A stretch of DNA of 61,954 nucleotides, counting the filler, from Squatina squatina (lineage: Eukaryota): NCBI GenBank assembly GCA_031763465.1. It is 3 parts of 3 records of this genome, joined end to end, with 100 filler letters (N's around TTAATTAATTAA, not from the genome) between each part and the next. Parts side by side here need not be neighbours in the genome. Positions count along the whole stretch, not along the records: positions 1 to 15,819 come from JARFOE010000115.1; positions 15,920 to 34,616 come from JARFOE010000013.1; 1 more part is not named here. One strand, given 5' to 3'. A program made the translations under genes and the position numbers. The notes under the pieces were generated by a model. That model saw nothing but the letters and a program-made list of their open reading frames with translations. It was not told where the DNA came from and did not search any database. Positions 13,290 to 25,899 of the stretch are shown piece by piece (position 1 is the first letter of the stretch; every line of letters starts with the position of its first letter).

Positions 13290-13938
13290 AACAGCAGTCA
13301 ACATGGATTTAATAGGGAAAGATCCTATCTAATCAATTACTTTTTTTTGACAAAGTGGCATCCCAAGCCTGTAGAAAGCCCTACAACGTGGGGTGCCAGA
13401 TTTCCAAAAAGCTTATTACCAAGGTCTGAAAAACACTCTATAGTTAAACCCACAGAAGTGGGGGGAAATTCAAGGCAAACCGTAAGAATGAATAAAAAAT
13501 TGGCTGAAGATTAAAAAAGAGGGTACAAGTTTAATGAGTTATCTCAGGGTGAGGAAAGTGTTGAATGGGATGTCTCAGGAATTGATATTGTAACCACTAT
13601 GGTTTCTAGTTTGCGGTTTGTCAAATTAGGCGGGACAGCTCATTCTGAGGAGGCAGTTCAAGAAATACAAAATGATTCGGATAAAACATTTCAGTGGGTG
13701 GAACAAAGGCAAATTAAATTTAATACAAACAAATGTAACATACTCCATGAACAGTGTCAAATTAGATAAGGACGAAGTTGAATGAGATCTATAGGTACTA
13801 ATAGACTTGATACTCAGTATGTCGAGTAGGAATCAACAAAGCAAACAGAATACTGAAATAGCATAGAAGACGACAGGGGAAGTCAAACTCAAATTATAGA
13901 ACACTCTCGTTAGATCACATCTTGAGTAATGTATCCAG
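13290..13938 (+). mobile_element. Old degenerate CR1 LINE RT fragment
   Basis: SQHGFNRERSYLIN (CR1 SQHGF..GRSCLTNL-like); decayed FQKAF and LVRSHLE motifs. Confidence 0.7.
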
Positions 13939-14140
13939 NNNNNNNNNNNNNNNNNNNNNNNNNNNNNNNNNNNNNNNNNNNNNNNNNNNNNNNNNNNNNN
14001 NNNNNNNNNNNNNNNNNNNNNNNNNNNNNNNNNNNNNNGCCATCCAGATAGAGCTGGTCCATTGGTCACATGACGCTGAAAAGTGTCTCATCCATCTGCC
14101 ATCAGCACATTTCATACTAAATTGCAGACAATTCATTTCA

Positions 14141-14284
<144 letters not shown>

Positions 14285-14299
14285 TTATAATATTTACAA

Positions 14300-14870
14300 T
14301 AAAAACAGAAAATGCTGGTACTCAGCAGGTCAGGCAGCATCTGTGGAGAGAAAAACCAGAGTTAACGTTTCAGGTCAATGACCTTTCGTCAGAACTGAAA
14401 AAAGTTAGAGATAGCAGATTTTAAGCAAGTGCAGGGGTAGGGAAAGTGGGGAGGTGAAGAAAGAACAAAAGCGAAGGTCTGTGATAGGGTGGAAGGCAGG
14501 AGATATTAAATGATTGAAGGTATAATTGTACAAAGCAAAAGGAGGTGGTAATGGGACAAGTAAAGAAATAAAAGATGGGTCTAGAAGAGATGTAAATGGG
14601 GATAGCAGAATCATCAATAGCTGCCATCTGAAAAAATAGGGGCAGAATGTATGGTCTGAAATTGTTGAACTCGATGTTGAGTCCAGAAGGCTGTAAAGAT
14701 GAGGTGCTGTTCCTTGGGCTTACGTTGAGCTTCATTGGAACACTGTAAGAGGCTGAGGACAGAGAGGTGAGTGGGACTGGAGCGGAGAATTAAAGTGAAA
14801 GTCGATCGGAGGCTGGGATCACGCTTGCGGAGGTTTTCCACAAGGTGGTCAACCAATCTACGTTTAGTCT
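14300..14870 (-). mobile_element. Penelope-like element 3' end (GIY-YIG C-terminus + terminal repeat)
   Basis: QCSNEAQRKPKEQHLIF and LQPSGLNIEF are PLE endonuclease C-terminal motifs; terminal segment ..CTCTCCACAGATGCTGCCTGACCTGCTGAG..CAGCATTTTCTGTTTT is also seen at ~25045-25135 and 56678-56780. Confidence 0.85.
14360..14397 (-). ncRNA. Minimal type I hammerhead ribozyme in the Penelope terminal repeat
   Basis: Minus strand reads C-AGTT-CTGACGA-A-AGGTC-ATT-GACCT-GAAA-CG-TT-AACT: CUGANGA and GAAA core boxes, 5-bp stem II, 4-bp stem I, palindromic ACGU stem III. Confidence 0.75.
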
Positions 14871-15819
14871 CCCCACTGTAGAGGAGACTGCCTCTTCAGC
14901 AGTAGAGGGGAATCCCCAGTGGAGGAAAAAGGAAAACATATCAGNNNNNNNNNNNNNNNNNNNNNNNNNNNNNNNNNNNNNNNNNNNNNNNNNNNNNNNN
15001 NNNNNNNNNNNNNNNNNNNNNNNNNNNNNNNNNNNNNNNNNNNNTTTATACTTTAAGTCTTCTCCGTTATACAGCTTCCACATTTTGAAGAAAATGTTTA
15101 CCTAGTTATTTGAACATAAATATTGAATTCCACCAGTTGGAATAATGGTTTGGAATGTTTCATCTTCACTATCATTTATTAATAGACATTAAGTAATCTT
15201 CTGTGCAGCTATTTTTAAAGAAAATCTCTCCAAGGCTCATTAATATATAAAAGCTAGAATATTTCCATTTTTCCAAAAGCTCTTTGTACAGGATGATCAA
15301 TTATCAAATAGTAAATTACATTAGGCTACATTATATTCATTTGAATAACTATTTACTACAATTATAAATCAATCACATGATTATATATTTTTAGCATCTG
15401 AATTAGGTCATTATACTTTAAAATATATTAATACAACTGAGATCTGTTCTGTTTCAGGTAATAAAATATGAATAGAACTTATGATCAATGAAGTTCACAT
15501 TTGAATGCTCATACTACATTCCTGGTGCACCATTTTTACACTAGTATTAACCCATCAGAAATATATGTCGTACTTTTAAAGGTTTCTATTAGTCACTTTC
15601 GAGCAGACACTATAAGCCAAAAATGGTTTAATTAATTCCTTAGGGGCAATGGTGGGGGCGGGGCAAATTTTAACCTGGAGGATTGCATGGGTTTGGATTC
15701 GGGTGGGGGCTTAAAATCCGCAAAACCGTGAGCGGGTCAGGGCACCGGCTCCAACCCACTGACTTCCGCGTTTACCTGGAGTTAGGGTGTTTCTGTGCCA
15801 CTCCCTCCGGAGATGTGGG

Positions 15820-15919
15820 NNNNNNNNNNNNNNNNNNNNNNNNNNNNNNNNNNNNNNNNNNNNTTAATTAATTAANNNNNNNNNNNNNNNNNNNNNNNNN
15901 NNNNNNNNNNNNNNNNNNN
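15820..15919. other. Artificial scaffold linker N44-TTAATTAATTAA-N44
   Basis: Six-frame-stop spacer embedded in Ns; identical to 34617-34716. Confidence 0.95.
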
Positions 15920-16152
15920 TAAAGTTTTATTATAAATTATAGGGGTGATTCAGCACTCACTGGGGGTACCAACTGAACATAAGGCTACAACATTGTAGCA
16001 TGATTTTTCCAACCTTCACTCCCTCTGAGCGGCTTCTCTTCTGCTGAATGTGTGAAATTGCAGAATCACCTCAATACAGATAAGAATTTTGTGTTACGTG
16101 TATCTATGAGCTATGGTAATAATAATGTAAAGTTTCTGTGTTTATAAATTAG

Positions 16153-17019
16153 ACAGTTCAGACAAGACCACCAAACCTGACTACTAAGCCAATCTTCAGG
16201 ACTCTAACACAGGTTCCCACAGTCAAATACGCCATCAACAAAAGCTGTTCAATTTATCCAATTGCTGGAAGTCAAAAGACCAGAGTCTTAGACAATGAGC
16301 AGAAAATGGACTTAAATAGAAGATTAGAGCCAGGGTCAGTAGGTACTGCTAATCTATACGGAAGCACATCCAGATCAACAGACAAACCTGGTATGGTTTT
16401 CCAGAATTCTTCACAAATAGAAAAATCACAAGTTGCTAGGCCAGCTACACCCCATCAGATGGAAGTACACGCCACTTCATTTAACCACAGTTCCAGTACT
16501 TATAGGATTATACCTATATTTAAAAGCAAACTAATGCAACAAGATAAACAGTTCATAAGTGCAAGTATAAATGAAAGTAAAACTATACAGTATGTCAAAC
16601 ATAACTTAAGAGAACTTTTAACTCTAAATTCATCAACTGCAAACTTAGAAGTAAAAAGGCAAAACAATATACGAGAACAAGAATCCAAGAGGGAAAAAGA
16701 AACGGCCTTGTCAGACATTGCACAAAAGCAAAAGTCAGTTGTAAATACAAGAGTGGAAAAACCAAAAGCTAAAGAGATCCAAAATGTAAGTTCAGCCACA
16801 GGGATAAACATATACAAGGGTACTCTGCTTCAGAAGTCAAGTACAAGTACAGGAATGATGAAGCCTGGAGTTGGACCACTTCAGACATTTAGAAAAAATC
16901 AAGAACAGAGCAGTGCAAATACCCAGATGGAAGACAAAAATACAGTTGGTATTGCAACTTCTGATGGATCATGCATACAGTGGAATGACAACCTGATACA
17001 AAACCATCAACATAAACAA
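16153..17019 (+). CDS. Large internal exon of an unidentified gene (289 codons, S/T/Q/K/N-rich, probably disordered)
   Basis: Frame open from directly after ..TTTATAAATTAG (16152) to CAA|GTGAGA (17020); 867 bp, phase 0-0, in AT-rich DNA where chance ORFs are short; no TE motifs. Confidence 0.7.
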
Positions 17020-17484
17020 GTGAGATGAGATCTTGCAATTTCAAGTAATTTCTGTGTTTTTTTAAATATTGTATCATGAGTATTGGTCATTCTTGCTAAC
17101 TTAATTAATTTTATAATAGATGCATAATAGTTATCCACATATGTAGATAGAATTTATTTCTCATATATAATGACTCCTGGTATAACTAGACCTTTTATAG
17201 GCAACTGTTTGAAAGCAACTGTTTGGATAGTCTGTTAACCTGTTAACAGGATAGCAGTGCAGTTAAGATAAAATTGCACTTTCATTGTTAATGCTTGTTT
17301 AAAATCTTCGCTACAGAGAAGTTGTATATTTACAATACCTAAAACTAACAGGCATACTCTAATCTGCAGATTTGTTGGATGACTCACTGTAAGCAACGTC
17401 ACAGGAGCTCTGCTAATTTATATAATTTCTAGAACTAACTAAAAAGTGTGATATACCATTACCTGTTCGTACTTTGCCTTCCAG

Positions 17485-17618
17485 GTGCTAGATGTGTTTG
17501 ACATAAATGAGCCACTTACACAAGGCCAAACGGCTATTCAACATCTGAGCTTAAAATCTTTGACAGGNNNNNNNNNNTTTTTCTGATAAGAAAGGAGCTG
17601 AGAAAAGGAAAAGTGAAG
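17485..17618 (+). CDS. Probable next exon of the same unidentified gene (contains a 10-N gap)
   Basis: Strong acceptor CTTTGCCTTCCAG|GTG; phase-0 frame VLDVFDINEPLTQGQTAIQHLSLKSLT..FLIRKGAEKRKSE; donor GAA|GTAAGC. Confidence 0.5.
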
Positions 17619-19139
17619 TAAGCTCCCATCTTTAAAATGTTTGGCTTTTTAAAACAAATATGGAGTAGAATTTCCAATCCAGGTATTTGGGCACTCGTTG
17701 CTGCCTTCTTGTGGGCAGCAACCTCAAGTGCCATGTCCTACACTCTCATCGACCTTTTTGTCCAGCGCACCCGCTAGGGGCTAATCTTGCCAATGTCCTT
17801 CCCGTCCCATTCACCTCTCCCAGTGATGACCCTGTGGATCCAACAGAGGATTAACTATCATTGCCCTCTCCGCATCTCCCTCCAGAATGTCTGTTCACTT
17901 GTGGGGCAGATGTGCTGTGAAGTTTGTGCTTCCCCCGAGGTAGGAATGAGTCACCCTACCGGATATTGGGGGTGAGCCCTCATTTCATATGTATGACAAA
18001 CTTCCGTTAGGGGCATGCCAAAGAGAGGGATTGGATTATATATGATGTGTTAACAGTTCTTAAAGAGCTGCTCAAAGGCAAATGGATGCATGTTGGGTCA
18101 AATATTTGTCGCTACCTTTCCAAAGGCTCAATTGAAGTGACTGCCAAAAAATGGATGACAAACCAAATAAGGAGGCAGGAAGTGTTGTCTATAGCCAGTG
18201 TTTGGAGCACTCTAATGGTTGGTGACTTGGAGGTACTGCTGCATNNNNNNNNNNNNNNNNNNNNNNNNNNNNNNNNNNNNNNNNNNNNNNNNNNNNNNNN
18301 NNNNNNNNNNNNNNNNNNNNNNNNNNNNNNNNNNNNNNNNNNNNCATTTATATCATTACTGATTGTAGGACCTTGCAATTTGAATATTGGCTACTATGAT
18401 TGCCTACATTGCAACAGTGACCACACTTCAAAAGCACTTCATTGGTTGTGAAGCACTTTGGGACATTCTACAGCAGTGAGAGGGGCTATATAAATGTAAG
18501 TTCATTCTTTCTAATATGGAATGAGGTATCCAAGGAAGATTAAGTGGGTTGATATTTAAATAACGTCTGGATCAGAATATTTAAATAAAATGGAGACAGA
18601 TAGGAAGATAATAAACTTGATAATGCAATGGAGAAGGAAGCCAGAAATATGAACCTGTAGGAGAGGAAAGGACTTTATTGTATCTTAAGAATATATCAAT
18701 AAAATGAATGTTTTCGCTANNNNNNNNNNGTATACAGATTGAAGATTTCTCAATAAAAACATTAAGATAGAGAAGTGGTGAATAATGCATACTCAGGCAC
18801 AGAAGGCGGGATGGCTGTTTGCTAGAATGGCTTCCCTTATCTCAAATTATCTTCCAGAAACAGGCATTCAAGCAAAAAGAGCTTTGATTTCAATACAGAT
18901 CTGAAAATTGGCAACAACTTTCTCATTAGCAGTTTCAAATTTTAGTCTGCCTTTTGGACACTGAGTTTCAAAGCTATCACTTGAAAATTATTTCCTGTGA
19001 ACATGCAGTAATTACATTACAAGCATTAATCTTTCAGCGTGTGTCACTGAGCTTCAGTGACAGAGAGCGTTCTGAAGCCAGAGTTACCAATTAGAGGCAC
19101 GCCCTTGAATAAAAAGACACCCCTATAGGACATGATGGG

Positions 19140-20330
19140 GGTTATTTTGGCCAAAAGGTGAAAACAGGTGCTAAGAGGGTCTTGTGCTAGTAAGACACGC
19201 CTGTTTGGAAGTCTGGATTTAGCACATAATTACTGATTTCCATAATTTGAACTTGCCTGGAGATGCTAAACAGATACCTGCAGGTTTAGTATTCATGTGC
19301 TGATTAGGTGCAATTTTCATGGGGTAGTATTTGTGGGCTCTTCCACAGAGCGTGCGGAGCGCTCTGGCTGGCACAGAGCGGCATGATGCAGGATGGCTCA
19401 GGGACCGAGGGAGAGGGTGCACAGGTTCTTGGACGCGACACTGATTGAGGAGGTCCAGAGGAGGAGGGGTACCCTGTACCCGCAGTGGGGAAGGAGTCCG
19501 CCTCGCCCTCCTGTCCCTCTCTCCTGCAGCAACTAGTGCTGCTTTGCCTGGCCTCATGTCCTCCTCTCATTCCTTGTCCAAGCCAAGGGGGACCCCCAGC
19601 AGGATGCCCTTTCTCCTGGTGACTCCTATAAGGTGAAGTAGCANNNNNNNNNNTAGGTGAAGTCCGCAGAACGTTTGCTGAATAAATGTTGCACAAGTGT
19701 TGGTGAAGCCTTGAGAGTGTCCCAGAAAGCCTCCCGATGTGTTTCAAAGGTCCTTTTCACAGCACAAGCAACAAGTGAACATGAATTGGCGAGTATCCCT
19801 TTAAGTAGCGCATAAAATCCACATCAGCATCGTGTTTACTCCCAAACAGCTGGCTGCTGTAAGGAGAGGGCGTTGGGACAAGCGGTAGCCACCAAAATGC
19901 TGTGCAGTATCTTTACTGAGTGCTTGCAGGCATTTTAAGTGGCAATCAGACCTTTAACAAGCCTCCAGGTGGCCATTTCTAGTGTAGTTTCCAACTACTT
20001 TACCAAGATGGCTTCTTGCACTAAACGTGGCCGAATGCAGCATTTCAGCTCAAGTCCCCATTTTGGGCACCTCGGAGGATTATTAGTGCTCGAACGCGCG
20101 GCTGAAAACTGCCCCTGATGTATGTCAAATGTGGCCAACCTGCTCTGGTAGACAGCTTGCAAAAGCCTCGAGTGTTCATCCCCCTGCAGCACTGAGAAAT
20201 CCGAAATTGACTCGTCGTGCTACCAGTCCCACCGTAAGAAAACATAGGTGCAGAAATTGCGGTCGGAGTCTTCTCACGGGCGGAAGCCTCCGGCCTGAAA
20301 AAAAAAAGTCTACGACCTTTCTTGGTGGTC
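19140..20330 (-). mobile_element. Decayed Harbinger-derived element
   Basis: RRARRTPSPLRVQGTPPPLDLLNQCRV resembles the transposase N-terminus seen at 53050-53210; flanked by GC-rich MITE-like sequence. Confidence 0.4.
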
Positions 20331-20431
20331 CNNNNNNNNNNNNNNNNNNNNNNNNNNNNNNNNNNNNNNNNNNNNNNNNNNNNNNNNNNNNNNNNNNNNN
20401 NNNNNNNNNNNNNNNNNNNNNNNNNNNNNNN

Positions 20432-20572
20432 GGTCATTATCACATTGCTGTTTGTGGGAGCTTATTGTCTGTTGTGTTTCCTACATTACACTCCAAACAT
20501 GCTTTGTTGGCTATAAAGCACATTGGGATGCTCTGAGGTCATGAAAAGTGTGCTACAAATGCAAAAGTCTTT
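20432..20572 (+). mobile_element. DeuSINE 3' fragment
   Basis: GGTCATTATCACATTGCTGTTTGTGGGAGCTT..tail matches 74-530; similar fragments at 18345-18505, 43520-43703, 56330-56425 and (minus) 42930-43056. Confidence 0.8.
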
Positions 20573-22554
20573 CATATTTCCCTTTTCTTGCAACCATTTC
20601 CCTTCCTTGCCAGAAGTCCACTTCACAACTGGGTCCTAGATTTTGCATATGGGCCAATGGAATGTTTGGACACACATTTTATACCTAGAAGCAAAACCTG
20701 CATTGGGACTTTGCTGTCATTGAAGAGAGCCTAGAAAGGCTACAGTGCCCTTCTCACTGCAATCCTGAAGAACTATATCCAACTAAAAGTTGGCATGTAT
20801 CAGAACCACCAGGTACCAATATGAATCAACTGTTGGGACAAATATTCTTTGTATCTTTCAATTAACTAGCCCTAGATTCCCTTGTAGCTGATCAGTGCTA
20901 TAATACCACACTTGCTGGGGGTGGGGAGGGCACCATTGCAACCCACTGTCCAAGTTGGTGAGTGGAGCTCACTAGATCAGTACAGTAGCACACAATATTC
21001 TCCATGAAATGACATGCTGTGGCTCTGCTGAAATGCCTGGAACAGATACGTGAAGGCTCTCCTTTATGATACTATTCAGCACATTACTGATGAAGACACT
21101 AAGATCGGTGATGTAGACAACCTTCCATTTCTCCGCTTTCAAAATAGATAGATTCAGTGAATCCCTCATTCACTCTTACACTGATATTTTTGCTAGAACA
21201 CATATGTGGCTAAGATCCAAGATTTGGAGTTAAATAAAGTCATTATGGAAATTCATACTCTATCTAATTCCACCCACATGTAGGTCCCAAATCTTAGAAA
21301 TGTGTGACTATGCAATATGGACCCGGTAACCAGGTGAAATGTGCATTGCATTTGGTTGATTTGTGTCTGAAGTGATCCTGAATCACCGTTGCTGGAAAGT
21401 TATTGTCAGCTGGAGGTAGTGAACCGAAGCTTGGTGCTTCTGCATGGGCACGGAAAGGGACAGTTCACAACTGAGTCACTTTGGATGGGTGTCACAGACC
21501 TCCTCATGACCAATTATTGACAGAGTGTTATGAACAAGTCCCCTACTTCCCCTTTTGGCTGCAAAATGTTCTGTGGTGGGGAAATTATTTGAGTAATGGG
21601 TGGAAAATGCTAGAAATAAAATGCAACTATTTTATAAAGTGCTACGAATCATGGGCTGGGACCCAGCATTAAGCTTGAAACCAGGCCTGTTAAAAAATCA
21701 ATGACTCATTCTAAAGTTTAATCGTCCAGAACGATAAAATACTCAATGCTTTCCAGATGACGGTAGAATTGTTGCTTTTCACAAGACTATGCCTACACAT
21801 GTTGCCATACTGGTCATTTCAAATTAAGCATACCGAGTCAGCAAATCCGCCCATCTCTTTAGAAAGTATTTTTTCAACCTTTGCAGATGCAGATCACTGA
21901 AATCAAGATGTGATTAAAAGAGCATTAAATGTCCCAACAGAGGTAATGCTGAAAACCTTGCAATATAATAAGCAGCATGAACTCGTAAAACAATTTTAAA
22001 AAATACAGGAGGTAGTACGATATTAGAAATAATACAATGTGCTGAAGTCAAGTATAAGCCCCCCAGACAGCTGATCATTAGAGAAACAGACTTGTGGAAT
22101 TTCCTCAGATTAGCCGCTGTAACTTTGGCGGATGATTGGCAGAAACGGTGTACCCAGGGTTTCAGCAAGGAAATTCCCAGCAACGGTCTAGATGGGATGT
22201 ATGACAGCCCAACAGCACTGCACGTTTAGGAGGCACATTTACAGCAGGAGCTGTGAATTTGGAAATAGTTCACTCTTTTCTTGTGAAGGTAGACAGAAAC
22301 GTCTGACTGCTTAGGAAATATTTGTTGAGTCCCAGCCCAAGTTGTTATAGGAGGGTATATTGTATGTAGTTGCTCTGCCTGTTGAAATTTGGGCATGGAG
22401 GTTGCCATGCCCTGTAGGATATCCTGTCTATCGAAACGAATAAATGGAAAAACAGAAATGCCTGAATCAGACATGCCAATCTTCAAACACAATTATCTGA
22501 ACAAGATTCCCCTCATCTCCCTTTGTCCCCACCCCCGTCCCTCCCAGCCGGGTG

Positions 22555-23006
22555 CAGCGAAGATTGACAAGGATGATACCAGAAATATGAGGGTATACGT
22601 ATCAGGAAAGGATGAACAGACTGGGTCTCTGTTGTCTTGAAAAAAGACTGAGGGGTGACCTAATAGAGGTCTTTAAAATGATGAAAGGTTTTGATAAGAG
22701 TGGACACAGAGAGAATGTTTCCACTTGTGGGGAAGAGCAAAACTAGCGGCTATCAATATAAGATAGTCACCGAGAAATCCAACAGGGAATTCAGAAGCAA
22801 CTTCTTCACCCAGAGACCGGTGAGAATGTGCGACTCGCTCCCACAGGGAGTGGTTGAAGCGAATAGTATCGATGTGTTTAAGGGGAGGCTAGACAAGCGT
22901 ATGAGGGAGAAGGGAATCGAGGGTTATGTTGATAGATTTAGATGAGGAAAGACGGGAGGAGGCTCGAGTGGAGCATAAACGCCGGCATGGACTGGTTGGG
23001 CCGAAT
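22555..23006 (+). mobile_element. CR1 LINE 3' end
   Basis: FFTQRPVRMCDSLPQGVVEANSIDVFKGRLDK and a CR1 3'UTR (GGAGGAGGCTCGAGTGGAGCATAAAC..GGGCCGAAT). Confidence 0.9.
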
Positions 23007-23617
23007 NNNNNNNNNNNNNNNNNNNNNNNNNNNNNNNNNNNNNNNNNNNNNNNNNNNNNNNNNNNNNNNNNNNNNNNNNNNNNNNNNNNNNNNNNNNNNN
23101 NNNNNNATTATTTGCATGGTGCTGGACAGAGCAGTAGTGCTCGTATAGGCTCCACACGAACAATTATGGCTGCTGCCACCCCAAGTTTTCCCCTCCGCAA
23201 TTTCCCCAACCTTCTTACCAGCTGGGTTGGCCTCTGGGCTGCCCAATACTGCGCCTGCATGTCGACATGCTGGAGTGGGATGCCCGTCCAGGGTAATGCC
23301 CTCGAATGCATCCTGCTGGTAGAAACAAGTTGTCATTTCACCCATAGCTCACCCATTCCATGCCTGGTATTAAAATCGACCGTCTGGTTTCCAAGTTATT
23401 ACAATTTCTCAACTAGATCATAGTCTTGTGACCTGTTCTCAGATATCCAATTTTCTACAGTGTTTCAACTGCATGAATATCAAACCCATAAAAGGATCAA
23501 ATAGGTGCTTTGGACAACATTCAACAATCATTTTGCCATACCTCTTCAGTTCTTCATTGTAGTCTGATGTTCTTAACCATTTTTAAACTTAATAATGACC
23601 TATTTCTGCTTACTTAG

Positions 23618-23731
23618 AAGAAGAAACGGGATGCCAACAAAGTGCCAGCAAAAGAAGTCAGCATTCATGTCACAAAAAGTATCTGCTCTATTGAGTCAGA
23701 TGGAAGAAAAATGGAGAACTGCATGAAGTAA
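23618..23731 (+). CDS. BAALC: BAALC last coding exon
   Basis: After TTTCTGCTTACTTAG: KKKRDANKVPAKEVSIHVTKSICSIESDGRKMENCMK*, versus recalled human AKRDAKRMPAKEVTINVTDSIQQMDRSRRITKNCVN*. Lies upstream of FZD6 on the same strand, as in other vertebrates. Confidence 0.85.
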   Translation, partial: KKKRDANKVPAKEVSIHVTKSICSIESDGRKMENCMK

Positions 23732-25136
23732 AAAAAGCAATTAACCCAGAAGCTTACAGGGCAAAGAGATCAATACTATTTACACTTTACAATAGATCCA
23801 TTGCCATAAGAAGACTTTGAAGAAATGCCTAAAAACCTTCAAAGCTGAGCGGAAAATAATTATTTTTCTGTGCCTTGAGAACCAAAATCTGAAGATTCAT
23901 TGAAAATGTAGATCTTCCTACATAATTTTAAGAAATACAAAATAGAGCTGTAATCAATGTGCCAATATGTTTGTATGAATTTATCTGGAATTCTGAATAC
24001 ATGCATTCTAAGTAACCTGAAATATGCATGTAGGTTTTCCTATGGGTCTATTGATCTTCTTTGCAGGTGAAGTCAAACTTTTACTTTAATTAAAAAGACT
24101 TCTTCAGTTTTCATTGATCTGCTTAGACTGGTTTTAAACATCTTTAAAATGCTTTTGATCATCTTTTACTGTTTTTCTATTGTCCAGGTTTTGTCTTTAA
24201 ATGTTGACGGATGGAACAAATTTCAACAGGGCTCACTCCGTATTGCTTTGTGTTGCCAAATAGAAATGTTTAATACAATATTTTCATCAATGTCAAGAAA
24301 GGAATATCTCAAGTCAAGCTGATGGCTGGCTGTGCCTTGCTTTCTAACATTGAAGTCAAGTGTAGATTTGGTGATCGCTTCACTGAATATCTCCTTTCTG
24401 TCTCTAAGTGTGACTTTGACCTGCATGTGGTTTGCCATCTTAACTTTTCTTTCAATTCCCAATCTGCCCTCTCCATCTTTGAAGCTCAATGTTCCGCTGG
24501 GCATTTTGCAAACCTCTGGTCTGTACAATAACTTTAGTAACTGCAAACCTTCGCTACCCCTTCATTTGCTTCACAGCTAAGGGTGCTTGCAATGCAGAGA
24601 TGGTCTGACAGTGTCCGGGGGAGAGGAGGTGAGTTGATATCTGGGGTGGAAATGCCTTCATCAGAGCACAATGCTGGCATGGGCCTGGGCCTTGGTGAGA
24701 ACCTGTTATTTTCTGTTGTGAACGACTGATCTCACATGTTTCATTTCCATTTTTTGCTTGAATTTTTATCTGCTGCATTTGCAGCTTTCTATTTTTCTTA
24801 TTATTGTGTTATTTTTCCTTACTTTCTTACACTTTTTTTATATTGACCACAGCTGTGTCTTTACACTTTCCGCTCTTTGAACGTTCTTTTCTCCTTTGTT
24901 TATGTCTACATTGTCTCATCAATGACCTTTCAAAGCATTTAACTGCTTTGTATGAAATACTTTGTAGGTCAGTTAACCCATTAAATCATTCTCTGTGACT
25001 GGTGTATCTTCTGATTCTCTTCCCCTTTTTTTAAAATCGCCACCTTTCAGTTTTCAGTTCTAATGGATACACACCCAAAATGCCATAAGCTGTCTTTGCT
25101 CTTCACAGATGCTGACTGACCTGCTATATATTTCAA

Positions 25137-25793
25137 CAACAACAACTTGTATTTGTATAATGTCTTTAATGTGGTAAAATATCCCAAGGCACTTCACAGG
25201 AGCGATTATCAAACAAAAGTTGACACCGCGCCTTAAGGAGACATTGGGTCAGATGGAGTTAAGTTTTAAGGAGTGTCTTAAAGGAGGAAAGAGAGGTGCA
25301 GAGGTTTAGGGAGGGAATTGCAGAGCTTAGGGCCTTGGCAGCTGAAGGCAAGGCCACCAATGGTGGAGCGATTGAAATCGGGGATGCTCAAGAGGCAAGA
25401 ATTGGCAGAGCGCAGATATCTTTTTTGTAGGGTTGTAGGGCTGGAGGAGATTGCAGAGATAGGGAGGGGCGAGGCCATGGAGAGAGGTGAAAACCAGGAT
25501 GAGAATTTTAAAATTGAGGCATTGTCCAAATGGGAGCCAATTTATGGTAGTGAGCACAGCGGGGATGAGCGAACAGGACCTGGTGCGAGTTAGGACACGG
25601 GCAGCAGAGTCTTGGAAGACCTATGGAGTCTATGGAGTGCAGAACATGGGAGGCCAGCCAGGAGTGTGTTAGAATAGTCAATTCTAGGAGGTATTAACAG
25701 CACAGATGAGGGTTTCAGCAGCAGATAAGCTAAGGCAGGGACGGAGTCGGGCGACATTCTGGAGGTGGATATAGGCATTCTTAGTTATAGCGT
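25137..25793 (-). mobile_element. L2 LINE 3' end
   Basis: RIDYSNTLLAGLP, FKILILVFTSLHGLAPPYL, GGLAFSCQGPKLCNSLP; tail GTGAAGTGCCTTGGGAT..TACAAGTTGTTGTTGTT. Confidence 0.9.
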
Positions 25794-25899
25794 NNNNNNN
25801 NNNNNNNNNNNNNNNNNNNNNNNNNNNNNNNNNNNNNNNNNNNNNNNNNNNNNNNNNNNNNNNNNNNNNNNNNNNNNNNNNNNNNNNNNNNNNAGCATA

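Noticed and set aside
15864-15875. TTAATTAATTAA palindrome within Ns (also 34661-34672)
   Set aside because: Artificial six-frame-stop concatenation spacer, not biology.
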